Made by a program: the position numbers and the translations under genes
Shown: piece after piece, positions 41,281 through 51,090 of the stretch
How the letters are laid out: each line of letters begins with the position of its first letter
Numbering within the stretch: the first letter of the stretch is position 1
Origin: Alistipes sp. CAG:435
GTDB taxonomy: Bacteria; Bacteroidota; Bacteroidia; Bacteroidales; UBA932
Assembly (NCBI GenBank): GCA_000433355.1
Contig: FR893142.1
Span: 4,772-68,771, forward strand
Direction: 5' to 3'
Length of the DNA: 64,000 nt
Notes under the pieces: generated by a model
What the model was told of the DNA's origin: nothing
Seen by the model: the letters and a program-made list of their open reading frames with translations, nothing else
Databases searched by the model: none

Positions 41281-41706
41281 ATGAGACACGAGATCATCAT
41301 AAAGGACCTGCAGGACATCGACAGGGCTGCGGGTGAGTTTCTTTCGCAGACGGAAGGGCATAGTATTCTGGCGTTCTACGCTCCTATGGGGGCTGGGAAG
41401 ACTACTTTCACCACGGCCATTTGCCGGCGGCTCGGTGTGCGGGAGGACGCTGTCAGTTCTCCGACTTTCGCGATTGTGAATGAATATCGCACCGGGTCGG
41501 GGGAGCCGATGTATCATTTTGATTTTTACAGGATTAACAAGATCGCGGAGGCTCTTGACATCGGGTTATACGACTACATTGACAGCGGGTGTCTCTGCAT
41601 TATGGAGTGGCCGGAGAACATCGAGGAGATTCTGCCGGAAGAGACGCTGCGGGTGCACATCACGGTCAATCCGGATGAGTCTCGAACGGTTTCCTGGGAG
41701 GATTAA
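41281..41706 (+). CDS. tsaE: tRNA t6A37 biosynthesis ATPase TsaE
   Basis: Walker A YAPMGAGKTTF and the YjeE-family pattern. The start was moved to MRHEIII. Confidence 0.75.
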   Translation: MRHEIIIKDLQDIDRAAGEFLSQTEGHSILAFYAPMGAGKTTFTTAICRRLGVREDAVSSPTFAIVNEYRTGSGEPMYHFDFYRINKIAEALDIGLYDYIDSGCLCIMEWPENIEEILPEETLRVHITVNPDESRTVSWED

Positions 41707-41762
41707 GATCGCTTTTGGCATATCATCGCCTTACAATTCGTGATTCCATACTTAGAAGGGGT

Positions 41763-41831
41763 GGCCAGAAAAAAGGCAAAAGCCAAATTTTGCACGGTGG
41801 ACCAAAATTTGGCTTTTGATTTTTCTGGCCC
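41763..41831. other. Long imperfect hairpin (about 30-bp stem) downstream of tsaE
   Basis: Left arm ggccagaaaaaaggcaaaagccaaattttg, loop cacggtggacc, right arm aaaattttggcttttgatttttctggcc. Confidence 0.55.
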
Positions 41832-42036
41832 TGGGTATCTGATAATGTGGGTGATTCGTCACCAAGTCGCTTCGGCAGGTTCTGCAACCACGAGACTTAC
41901 GATTATTAAACACCTTAAAATAAGAGAGATACAATCCTAAAAAAACACGGAACTTGGAGCGGAGCGACCGAAGGGGTCCGGGGAATCCCTTCCCCGTGCC
42001 CCTCTGGGGCTGTCACGTAGTGACTGGAGGTTGATG

Positions 42037-42064
42037 AGACTTTCGGGTAATTACCCGAAAGTCT
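42037..42064. other. Perfect 28-nt palindrome overlapping the comM stop codon
   Basis: agactttcgggtaattacccgaaagtct, a 13-bp stem with a 2-nt loop. The right arm encodes the last comM codons ETFG* and no U-tract follows. Confidence 0.6.
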
Positions 42065-43625
42065 CAAGGTTGAGGCGGTCGAGGAAGCGGTAGGAGGCGG
42101 CTTCGCGGAGGTATTCAGGCCTTATGTCACGGGACATCTCAAGGTCGGCGATGGTTCTGGCGACTTTCAGGATTCTGGAATATGCGCGGGCGGACAGGCC
42201 AAGGCGGCTGATAAGCAGCTCCATCACCTTGCGGCATTCATCATTCAACTGGCAATGCTTCTCCAAGAGTCGGTTGTTCATCTCGGCGTTTGTGAATATC
42301 CCGTCATCGGCGAAACGCTGTTTCTGGAGCATCCTTGCCTTCAGGACTCTCTGCGCCACGACCTCGCTGGGTTCACCTTTCCTGCGGCCGACAAGTTTCA
42401 CTGTGTCAACAGGATGAAGCCATAATTGAATATCGATTCTGTCCATTACCGGGCCGGAGAGTTTCGAGAGGTAGTTCAGCCTTTGGCCCGGAGTGCAACG
42501 GCAACGGTCTCCTTCACCATAGTAGCCGCACGGGCAGGGATTCGATGCGGCGACCAACATGAAAGAGGCGGGATATTCAAGTTTCGACCTTAGCCTTGAG
42601 ATTGTGACTTTTCTATCCTCCATCGGACCACGCAGAGCTTCCAGCACGGATTTTGGCATCTGGCCATATTCATCAAGAAAGAGAATCCCGTTCTCGGCGA
42701 GGGTCACTTCTCCGGGACGGATGTCGGCTCCGGCTCCGCCGCCGATGATCGCCGGGAGGGATGCGCTGTAGTGGGGAGCGCGGAACGGGCGTGTGCGGAT
42801 CAGGCCTATCTGCGAGCCTTTCATTCCGGCCACAGAGTAGATCTTGCTCGTGACTATGGCCTCCTCCGTGGTCATCGGCGGCAGGATTCCGGCCATAGCC
42901 TTCGCCAAAGAACTCTTGCCGCTGCCAGGAGGTCCTACCATTATAAGATTATGCCCGCCGGCGGCAGCTATCTCCACTCCCCTTTTCGCCCCCTCTTGAC
43001 CGATTATCTCCGAGAAGTCCATCACGTCCTGGCCTGAGGGTTTCCGGACACGCTGCGCGTTTCTGGACAGTTTCCTGTAAAGTCTTGTGTTCCAAACAAG
43101 AAGATCGCTGCAATCCTCCTGTTCCTCAAGGATCCTTATCACATCAGTCAATGTCTCCACTCCGAATATCGACAGGTCATTGCATTCGGTGGCCTCAAGG
43201 GCGGAACGGAGCGGCAGGATGCACCCGGATATTCCCAGACCGGTCACCAGGTCGGCGAACGGCAGGGCTCCCTGGACTTCCCTAACCGAACCATCCAAGC
43301 CAAGCTCGCCCATAATCAAATATTTGTCAAGACCTGGAAAACGCTTCTGCTCGGAAGCCGCAAGGATGCCCACAGCTATCGGAAGGTCGTAGCCACTGCC
43401 GTTCTTCCGAACATCCGCCGGAGCCAGATTGATCACTATCTTCTTGCCAGGAATCCTGAAGCCCAGCGACTGAAGGGCAGTCACTGTCCTCAGAAGGCTC
43501 TCCTTGACAGCCACATCCGCAAGTCCGACCAGATGTATTCCTATACCATGCGTTATGTCCACCTCCACGGTGACGGGGACAGCCTCGATGCCGACGCACT
43601 TCGCCCCAAGAATGTTGATCAACAT
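42051..43625 (-). CDS. comM: YifB/ComM-family Mg-chelatase-like AAA+ ATPase
   Basis: 524 aa with an N-terminal Lon-like domain, a central AAA+ module (GPPGSGKS) and a C-terminal Mg-chelatase domain. Confidence 0.85.
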   Translation of the reverse strand: MLINILGAKCVGIEAVPVTVEVDITHGIGIHLVGLADVAVKESLLRTVTALQSLGFRIPGKKIVINLAPADVRKNGSGYDLPIAVGILAASEQKRFPGLDKYLIMGELGLDGSVREVQGALPFADLVTGLGISGCILPLRSALEATECNDLSIFGVETLTDVIRILEEQEDCSDLLVWNTRLYRKLSRNAQRVRKPSGQDVMDFSEIIGQEGAKRGVEIAAAGGHNLIMVGPPGSGKSSLAKAMAGILPPMTTEEAIVTSKIYSVAGMKGSQIGLIRTRPFRAPHYSASLPAIIGGGAGADIRPGEVTLAENGILFLDEYGQMPKSVLEALRGPMEDRKVTISRLRSKLEYPASFMLVAASNPCPCGYYGEGDRCRCTPGQRLNYLSKLSGPVMDRIDIQLWLHPVDTVKLVGRRKGEPSEVVAQRVLKARMLQKQRFADDGIFTNAEMNNRLLEKHCQLNDECRKVMELLISRLGLSARAYSRILKVARTIADLEMSRDIRPEYLREAASYRFLDRLNLETFG

Positions 43626-43883
43626 AGTTTGAGTTCATTATGTACTCCGGCAAAGATGGGGCAACAAAATGTAAATTTTCAAAAGAAATAGAAAAATCGT
43701 CATAAAAAACAGAAATATTTTTTCTTATGGCCGAATCATACACTACAATCCGGTGCCCACATCTGTCGTCCTCGTTAAAAACAAGTCGGCAAGCTAATCC
43801 GGAATATTAAATTATTGTTACAACGGCAGGTTTGACATCATTTTTGATTATATTTGAGAGATTTCTTTTAACAGAAACGAGAA

Positions 43884-45614
43884 ATGGAGAAGAATGAGAT
43901 AACATTGTTCTGCGTCAATGACGGCAAGAACCATAAGATTGAGAACGGGCGGGATTTGAAGGCTTTGTCGGACAAGTATTGTTCATCTGTCACGGACAAG
44001 AAGACCGGGCAAAAATTCGATGTGCTGGCCGCGCTGGTGGACAACAAGCTGAAGGAGCTGAGTTTCAAGCCGGCGAACCTGCACAGAGTCGAATTTATCG
44101 GCTACAACCACCCGGACGGGAGAAGGAGCTACGTGCGGTCGCTGTGCTTCGTGCTACAGAATGCCGTGAGGGAACTTTATCCTGACAAAGTGCTTGTGAT
44201 CGACCACTCGCTGCCGAGCGGACTATACTGCGAAATCATCGAGAAGGGGAAGAACGAAGACGGGCGGCACAAGCCTTATTTTGTCACCGATGACGAGATT
44301 GACAGGATAAGGGAGAAGATGAAGGAGATAGTGGCGAAGGACCTGCCGTTTACAAAGGTAAAGATGTTCTCCGAAGAGGCAGAATCTCTATTTCTAGCCA
44401 ACAACCAGCCGCAGAAGGCCGAGCTTCAGAAGAGCTTGGGGACATTCAGTTGCAGCGTCTATTACCTTGACGGAAAGGCCGACACCTTCCACGGACCGTT
44501 GATTCCTTCGACCGGTTACCTCAAGGTGTTCGACATCAGCGGAATGGGTGACGGGTTTTGCCTTCAGTCCCCGATGATGACCGACTTCAGCAAGGTCATG
44601 CCGATGAAGCGTCAAGGCAAGATAGCGGCGGCCCTCAAGGAATATTCCGACTGGTGTTCCATCATCAACATCGAGAGCATCGGGACGTTGAACAAGGCAG
44701 TGAAGGATGGCAAGGCCGTCAGCATCATCAACTTGGCGGAATCCCTCCACGAAAGGAATTATGCGAGGATAGCCGACAGGATCTACTTGGAGAGGGGGAC
44801 TAAGCGAATCGTGATGATAGCGGGACCGTCATCAAGCGGAAAAACATCATCATCACTCAGAATAGCCCTACAGTGCAAGGTGTTAGGGCTCAAGCCGAAA
44901 GTCATCGAGTTGGACAACTATTTTGTGGACAGGGATCACACTCCGAAGGACGAGGACGGGAACTATGACTTCGAGTCGCTCTACGCCATGGATCTCGAAT
45001 TCCTCAACAAACAGCTCAACGAACTTCTTGAGGGGAAAGAGGTTGAGATTCCAAGATTCGACTTCAAGACAGGAAACAGAATCTTCGAGGGCAACAAGCT
45101 ACGCCTTGAGGACAAGGACATCCTGATCATGGAAGGCATTCACGCCCTGAACCCGGAGATGACCTCAACGGTTGACAATTCAAGGATATTCAGAGTCTAT
45201 GTCTCCGCCCTGACCTCGCTGAACATCGATGAGAACAACAACATGTCCACATCGGACAACCGCCTGCTCCGCAGGATGGTGCGCGACAACCGTGTCAGGG
45301 GCATCACTCCCGAAGAGACCATCATGAGATGGAACAGCGTGCGACGGGGAGAAAGCAAAAATATATTCCCGTTCCAGGAGAACGCGGACGTGCTGTTCAA
45401 CTCAGCCCTGATCTTCGAGCTTCCGATGCTGAAATATTACGCCGAACCGCTCCTGCGCAGGATTTCGCCGAACTCCCCTGCCTACACCGAGGCCGTGCGT
45501 CTGCTCAAGTTTCTGGACTACATTGTAGCCCTCCAACCGGGCGAGATCTCAGCGATTCCGCCAACTTCCATCATGCGTGAGTTCATCGGCGGACAGACGC
45601 TGACAAGGGACTAA
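43884..45614 (+). CDS. Nucleoside/uridine-kinase (PRK family) protein with an N-terminal TGS-like domain
   Basis: 576 aa. The C-terminal half has a P-loop (IAGPSSSGKTS) in a uridine-kinase-like fold. A candidate TTTG/TATATTTG promoter lies upstream. Confidence 0.55.
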   Translation: MEKNEITLFCVNDGKNHKIENGRDLKALSDKYCSSVTDKKTGQKFDVLAALVDNKLKELSFKPANLHRVEFIGYNHPDGRRSYVRSLCFVLQNAVRELYPDKVLVIDHSLPSGLYCEIIEKGKNEDGRHKPYFVTDDEIDRIREKMKEIVAKDLPFTKVKMFSEEAESLFLANNQPQKAELQKSLGTFSCSVYYLDGKADTFHGPLIPSTGYLKVFDISGMGDGFCLQSPMMTDFSKVMPMKRQGKIAAALKEYSDWCSIINIESIGTLNKAVKDGKAVSIINLAESLHERNYARIADRIYLERGTKRIVMIAGPSSSGKTSSSLRIALQCKVLGLKPKVIELDNYFVDRDHTPKDEDGNYDFESLYAMDLEFLNKQLNELLEGKEVEIPRFDFKTGNRIFEGNKLRLEDKDILIMEGIHALNPEMTSTVDNSRIFRVYVSALTSLNIDENNNMSTSDNRLLRRMVRDNRVRGITPEETIMRWNSVRRGESKNIFPFQENADVLFNSALIFELPMLKYYAEPLLRRISPNSPAYTEAVRLLKFLDYIVALQPGEISAIPPTSIMREFIGGQTLTRD

Positions 45615-45630
45615 GCCGCACAACACATCA

Positions 45631-45670
45631 AAAAAAGGCTGACCGAAGACATTCAGGGTCAGCCTTTTTC
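45631..45670. terminator. Bidirectional rho-independent terminator between the nucleoside kinase and batD/E
   Basis: A6-AGGCTGACC-(12-nt loop)-GGTCAGCCT-T5. A-run and T-run flank a 9-bp GC-rich stem between convergent genes. Confidence 0.7.
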
Positions 45671-45682
45671 ATTTATATTCAA

Positions 45683-48325
45683 CTATATTACCTCAAGCTC
45701 GTTGGAAGTTATCCAGCCCTGACGTCCATCCGCAAGTGAGATATTTCTCCAAGTGCCCACCTCGTCCAGAATCGTGACTTTCGTGCCTTCGTGGATCACG
45801 AAAAGATCCTTTGACGAGCCGGATGACGGAGAACTTTTCACCGATGAAACCGGTGACATCACGATCGCCGTGTCGGTCTTCACACTGTCGGATTTCTGCC
45901 AGATTGAGAAACTCAAAGCCCCGGCGGAAAGCAGCAGAAGCACGATTCCGCAATAGAAGCCCACACGTCTTTTGCCGACCGACGAACCCAGCAGAAACAG
46001 AAGTCCCATCACCAGCGCGGCGGCAAACAGCACAAGGAATATGGCAGCCCAAGCGTTGGAACTCATCAAATAGCATATCTTCCGGGCGAAACTCTTGAGA
46101 ATAAACTCGGGAACAGGCTCAATCTTGTCCTGTACGAAATTATTCGTGAACTCCAGATTGTAACGGGCATCCGAATATGACGGATCAAGCCTTAATGCCC
46201 TCTCATAGTTCAAAATGGCCTTAGGATAATTGCCCTGCTTGAACCAGGCGTTGCCAAGGTTGTAGTACAACTTGGCGGACTTCTGTCCGGACTCTTCAAT
46301 GGAAGTCCAAGCCGCTGAGGCATCGGAGAACTTTCCGTCCGTGTAGGCCTGCACACCTGCTGTCCAAAGTGAGTCCAGATCCTTCGCCTGGATATTCATT
46401 GAAGCTCCAAGAGACAGGAGCAGTGTCACGACCGTGACGACCTTTCTCAATGATTTTCCGCCTGTTTTGAGCCCAGAGTCGATTGACGAGATCACTTTCA
46501 GCGCGGCATCGTAGTGCGACCTCATAGCCTCGTTGCCACCGTCAGGAGAATAACGGGCGAACTCACAAGCGTCAAGAAGATCGGTGAAAGCCTTTGTCTG
46601 CTCCTCGCTCACACCACCCTCGGTAAGAGCTGAAGCGATGTTATCCTTGCTTATCTCGGACATATCCATATTCAATTTGTCGGAAACGAATCCTATGAGA
46701 GCCTTGTGAAGTTCCTCATAGAAAGCGGTATAGAGGTTCTTGTCAAGATATTCGCCAGCCAGCTTGAGACGCTTCTGAGCCATCTTCGTGGCGCGCCTGT
46801 TCTTCGTGCCGGCGACATCCGCACGCATCGCGGCCACCTTTCTGAACGCAAGGTACACCGAGGTCGCCCCCAGGATCATCAAAGCCAGCAGAATCCAGAA
46901 GAACACAGAACCGACGAAGAAAGAACCTGAACCGGACAGGCCAGGCTTGCCTGTGAATATGAACCTGATGTCATCGGCAAGGCTCTTCACGTCCTTCCTC
47001 TCGACTCCGGAATTGACCGTTGTCACAGGAGTGGAATCCCCTCCCTTTCCCTTGGCAACCTTGACATGCAATGGTTCTGTCCTGAGGGTCACATATTTAC
47101 CGGCATTGACATCATAGTAGGAATATTCCACCGGTTCGATCGTGAAGTCTCCGTGGCTTCTCGGGATGAAAGGATATTCAAAAGACTTGCTGCCGGAAGT
47201 GCCGCCGTTGCTCTTGTCGGTGTTTTCGGTTGTTTTGGTGTCATATACCTCAAAGTCAGGCGGGAAGTTGACTTTCGGCTCCTCCAGAAGAGCCACATTT
47301 CCGCGGCCGGAGACCGTGATGACCAGGGAGGCAGCATCGTGGGTCTTGAGGTTGTCCGTGGTGAGACGCGCGGATATTCCGAAATTGCCGACACCGCCAC
47401 CGAATGAGGCAGGCTGTCCGGCCGGAAGCGGATTTACCTTGACCTTGACCGCCGGAGTTGTCACCCTTTTGCGGATGGTCCTATATTCATCCTGAAAGAA
47501 ACTGTCGAACAAGCTGTTTGAAGTGGAAGGCGCCGTCCTGATGTTCACGAGGCAGACAAGCTCGGCCGGATCAATCGTGATCGTGCCAGGCTGCTGAGGA
47601 ATCAGGACGTAAGTCCTTAGCACGGCAGTGTTGTAGATCTTGTCGTCCAGGCTTTCGCGCTTAAACTCGATATTATTCGGGACGTATGTCTCCTGACTCC
47701 AGAAGCCGTTGAATGTAGGAAACTTGGCATTCTCGAAACCAACGACATTGGCTCTTTGGTAGATCTTCAAAGTAGCGGTGATCGGCTCTCCGATGACAAC
47801 TTCCGTGCGGCTAAGGGATAGTCTCATGAACAAATCGTTGGAGGAAATCTCACCGGAACCGGTTGAGGATGTCTGCCCTCCGCCAGAGGACTTGCCGCCG
47901 TTCTGTCCTGAAGACCGAGAAGACGAGGCACCGTCGCTCACGACCTGTATGGAAGCCTGTGTGGATGAGATCCTGTCCCCTGAAAGCAGGGCCGTGGCCA
48001 CTGGAAGTTGGAATGTTCCGGTAGCTTTAGGAATCAGAATGTAGGTGAAAGTTGTCTGATGGGAGGATGACCTCTTGCCATTGATGATCTGAATGCTTGA
48101 ACTGGAGCCTTTCTGTGGCCCCCATACCAGTTGGAAATCATCGCCGGACGACCATTGGAAATCGGACGGGCTCTTTTCTCCCTCAATTATGAAAGTGACA
48201 TTGAACTGCTCGTTCACAGCGACAACATCCGGAGCCTCGACCCTAATCACATTCTGGGCTGACATCTGAAAAATGGCTGTGAGCAAAAAAGCTACAATGC
48301 AAAACAATTTCTTCATATTCATCAC
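45683..48325 (-). CDS. batD: BatD/BatE fusion (Bacteroides aerotolerance operon)
   Basis: 880 aa. Signal peptide, BatD-like beta-rich region with two TMs, then TPR (YYNLGNAWFKQGNYPKAILNYERALRLDP) and a C-terminal SH3-like segment typical of BatE. Last gene of the operon. Confidence 0.65.
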   Translation of the reverse strand: MMNMKKLFCIVAFLLTAIFQMSAQNVIRVEAPDVVAVNEQFNVTFIIEGEKSPSDFQWSSGDDFQLVWGPQKGSSSSIQIINGKRSSSHQTTFTYILIPKATGTFQLPVATALLSGDRISSTQASIQVVSDGASSSRSSGQNGGKSSGGGQTSSTGSGEISSNDLFMRLSLSRTEVVIGEPITATLKIYQRANVVGFENAKFPTFNGFWSQETYVPNNIEFKRESLDDKIYNTAVLRTYVLIPQQPGTITIDPAELVCLVNIRTAPSTSNSLFDSFFQDEYRTIRKRVTTPAVKVKVNPLPAGQPASFGGGVGNFGISARLTTDNLKTHDAASLVITVSGRGNVALLEEPKVNFPPDFEVYDTKTTENTDKSNGGTSGSKSFEYPFIPRSHGDFTIEPVEYSYYDVNAGKYVTLRTEPLHVKVAKGKGGDSTPVTTVNSGVERKDVKSLADDIRFIFTGKPGLSGSGSFFVGSVFFWILLALMILGATSVYLAFRKVAAMRADVAGTKNRRATKMAQKRLKLAGEYLDKNLYTAFYEELHKALIGFVSDKLNMDMSEISKDNIASALTEGGVSEEQTKAFTDLLDACEFARYSPDGGNEAMRSHYDAALKVISSIDSGLKTGGKSLRKVVTVVTLLLSLGASMNIQAKDLDSLWTAGVQAYTDGKFSDASAAWTSIEESGQKSAKLYYNLGNAWFKQGNYPKAILNYERALRLDPSYSDARYNLEFTNNFVQDKIEPVPEFILKSFARKICYLMSSNAWAAIFLVLFAAALVMGLLFLLGSSVGKRRVGFYCGIVLLLLSAGALSFSIWQKSDSVKTDTAIVMSPVSSVKSSPSSGSSKDLFVIHEGTKVTILDEVGTWRNISLADGRQGWITSNELEVI

Positions 48326-48326
48326 T

Positions 48327-49103
48327 TTACCAATTCTTTTCTTTCTGGCGGGCTTTCAGCAATGCCGCCTTCTCCTTGTTGACCTTGTCCTGGGTTTCCT
48401 TCTCACGGGCCTGGACAGCCTTCAGCATCTGCTGCGCCTGCTGTGGGGAAATCTTGGCGTCTCCCTGTCCCTCACCTTGCTGAGGCTTCGGCTGATCACC
48501 TTGATTCTGATCATGGTTTTGATCATTATTTTGGTTTTGATCCTGATTCTGATCCTTGTTCTGGTCGTTGTCCTGATTCTGCCCGTTATTGTTGTTCTGA
48601 TTGTCCTGGTTCTGGTTGTTGTTCTGATCTTGATTCTGCTGGCCATCACCGCCGTCGCCACCTTCGTTCTTCAGCATCTGCTTGGCGTAGGCATAGTTCT
48701 CCTTGGCGTCCAGGTCTCCGGGATTACGAAGCAAGGACTGTTTGTAGGCATCCACAGCGGCTTTCCAGTCCTTCTTCTGGACAGCGATGTTGCCAAGATT
48801 ATAATAATAGTCAGCTGAATTGGCCGAAACCGGAGCGGCATCCTTCAATCTTCCCAAAGACTTTCCGGCCTCATCGAAATTGCCCTCACGATAAAGAGCT
48901 CCGGCAAGGTTGTAATTGGCGGCGAATGACGAGGAGTCCTTCACCTGAGCCTTACGGTACTCTATCTCAGCGTTCTGCCAGTTTCCTTTCTTGAACTGAC
49001 GGTTGCCGGCACGGACCTCCTTGCGGTCAGTCTGCGCAAGCGCCACCGCACAGGAAAGCAGCAGTAAAAATGCCGTCAATGAATATTTCAAAATAGTCCT
49101 CAT
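48327..49103 (-). CDS. batC: BatC (TPR protein) with an inserted Q/N/D-rich low-complexity region
   Basis: Signal peptide, TPR units, then the degenerate repeat QNQDQNNNQNQDNQNNNNGQNQDNDQNKDQNQDQNQNNDQNHDQNQ. Confidence 0.65.
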   Translation of the reverse strand: MRTILKYSLTAFLLLLSCAVALAQTDRKEVRAGNRQFKKGNWQNAEIEYRKAQVKDSSSFAANYNLAGALYREGNFDEAGKSLGRLKDAAPVSANSADYYYNLGNIAVQKKDWKAAVDAYKQSLLRNPGDLDAKENYAYAKQMLKNEGGDGGDGQQNQDQNNNQNQDNQNNNNGQNQDNDQNKDQNQDQNQNNDQNHDQNQGDQPKPQQGEGQGDAKISPQQAQQMLKAVQAREKETQDKVNKEKAALLKARQKEKNW

Positions 49104-50110
49104 TTCTTTTCCTCAAACAAATGTCTGCGTGAACGTCTTTCACCTATAAGCATCTCAAGGGCGAAGAACGCCAGCGCTATTCCGAGAAAATACATAAACT
49201 GCTCGTCATATTCCTCGAATACCACGGAATTATATTCCTCATCCTCCATCTTCCGGATGTCGTTGATGATAGGTGTAAGGCCGAATTCATCGTTGCCAGC
49301 GTGGACGTATGCCCCGCCTCCAGCGGAAGCGACCTCCTTGAGGGTCTCCTCGTCCAGACGGGTCACGACAATATTCCCGTCCTTGTCCTTCAGAAGTCCT
49401 CCGTCCATCGGAATCGGCTGTCCGTCAGCGGATCCCACACCGATTGTATAGACCTTGATCCCTGCCTCGGCGGCCTGCTTGGCGGCGGCCACCGCATCGT
49501 CCTCGTGGTTCTCGCCATCGGTGATCACGATGATCGCGCGGCTGTGCTCGCTCTGCGCGCTGAATCCACGGATCGCTGTGTTGATCGCGTCGCCTATCGC
49601 CGTTCCCTGAATAGGGATCGACTCTGTCGAGATGGAGTTCAGGAACATCTTGGCGCTCACATAGTCAGATGTGATCGGCAACTGGACGAACGATGTTCCG
49701 GCGAACACAATCAAGCCGATCCTGTCATCCTGAAGTTTGTCGGTGATTCTGGAAATCGCCAACTTCGCCCTTTCCAACCGGTTAGGGGAATAATCCTTGG
49801 CAAGCATCGAGTTGGACACATCCAAGGCTATCATGATCTCTGCCCCTTTGGTCTTGTGTTCTTTCAGTTTGGCGCCGTTCTGCGGTCTGGACAGACCGAT
49901 AGCGAAGAAGAAAAACGCCAACGAGAAAAGGACCGTCCTCACCCACAACTTATTACGAGACCATGAAGGCATAAGTTCATTCACAAGAGCCTCGTCTCCG
50001 AATCTGCGCAGACGACGACGCCTGTTCCAAAGCCAAAGTCCCATTCCGAGGAAAAAGAACGGAATCAGGAGCAAAAGCAAAAGATAATGTGGTGCGGCGA
50101 ATATTATCAT
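49100..50110 (-). CDS. batB: BatB (VWA-domain protein)
   Basis: Two N-terminal TMs and a VWA domain with the MIDAS start (LDVSNSM). 4-nt overlaps with its neighbours. Confidence 0.7.
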   Translation of the reverse strand: MIIFAAPHYLLLLLLIPFFFLGMGLWLWNRRRRLRRFGDEALVNELMPSWSRNKLWVRTVLFSLAFFFFAIGLSRPQNGAKLKEHKTKGAEIMIALDVSNSMLAKDYSPNRLERAKLAISRITDKLQDDRIGLIVFAGTSFVQLPITSDYVSAKMFLNSISTESIPIQGTAIGDAINTAIRGFSAQSEHSRAIIVITDGENHEDDAVAAAKQAAEAGIKVYTIGVGSADGQPIPMDGGLLKDKDGNIVVTRLDEETLKEVASAGGGAYVHAGNDEFGLTPIINDIRKMEDEEYNSVVFEEYDEQFMYFLGIALAFFALEMLIGERRSRRHLFEEKK

Positions 50111-51090
50111 GGCAACCTCCTCATCAACAGTTTAACAAGAGCCTCCAACAACAGACAGATCAAAGCCGCGAGAGCGTAGGCGCCGAAAAGTTCCTTATAG
50201 ACAGGGAAACTATCAATGGTCGTGCGCGCCTTCTCCATCTTGTTGATGTCCGAATATATTTCAGCAAGCTTTGTGTTGTCGGTAGCCCTGAAATATTTCC
50301 CCCCAGTCATCGAGGCTATGTTGGAGAGCAGTTTCTCGTCAAGCTCCACCTTGACATTCTGCATCTGGACTCCCCACGGGGTCATCACAGGATACGGTGC
50401 CTCTCCATTGGCTCCGACACCGATAGTGTAAACCCTTATCCCGTAGGTTTTTGCGATCTCTGCGGCAGTCTCTGGAGAAATCTCTCCACAGTTGTTCACG
50501 CCATCGGTGAGCAGGATCACGACCCGGCTCTTGGCATCGGAATCCTTGATTCTGGCTACCGCCGTGGCTAGTCCGTTGCCGATAGCGGTTCCATCCTCGA
50601 TCAAATCTGTGGAAATCTCTTTCATCAGGTTGATCAGAGTAGCCCTGTCGGTCGTCAGCGGACACTGTGTGTAGCTCTCACCTGCGAAAACCACGATTCC
50701 CATCCTGTCGGACGGTCTCTGCGCGATGAACTCGATGGCGATGTCCTTGGCGGCGCTGATTCGGTCCGGAGTGAAATCTCTGGCTAACATACTCGTGGAG
50801 ACATCCATCGCAAGCACGATGTCAATTCCCTCGGTGTCAACCTTTTCAATCTTGGTTGATGAACGAGGCCGGGCGATCGCGACCACAATCAGCGAAAGCG
50901 CGGCGACCCTCAGGACAAAAGGAATATGCCTGATCACCCCGAGGACAGTCTTTCCACCTTTCTTCCAAGGCGTGACGCTTGATACTCTCAAATGCGGACG
51001 ACGGTCTTTCAGTTCCACGTACAGATAGCGGAGAACCAGCAAGGCCGGAACCACAAGGAGCCAAAGCAGTTTAGGATATTCAAAGAACAT
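50107..51090 (-). CDS. batA: BatA (VWA-domain protein)
   Basis: N-terminal TMs and a VWA domain (LAMDVSTSM). Confidence 0.7.
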   Translation of the reverse strand: MFFEYPKLLWLLVVPALLVLRYLYVELKDRRPHLRVSSVTPWKKGGKTVLGVIRHIPFVLRVAALSLIVVAIARPRSSTKIEKVDTEGIDIVLAMDVSTSMLARDFTPDRISAAKDIAIEFIAQRPSDRMGIVVFAGESYTQCPLTTDRATLINLMKEISTDLIEDGTAIGNGLATAVARIKDSDAKSRVVILLTDGVNNCGEISPETAAEIAKTYGIRVYTIGVGANGEAPYPVMTPWGVQMQNVKVELDEKLLSNIASMTGGKYFRATDNTKLAEIYSDINKMEKARTTIDSFPVYKELFGAYALAALICLLLEALVKLLMRRLP

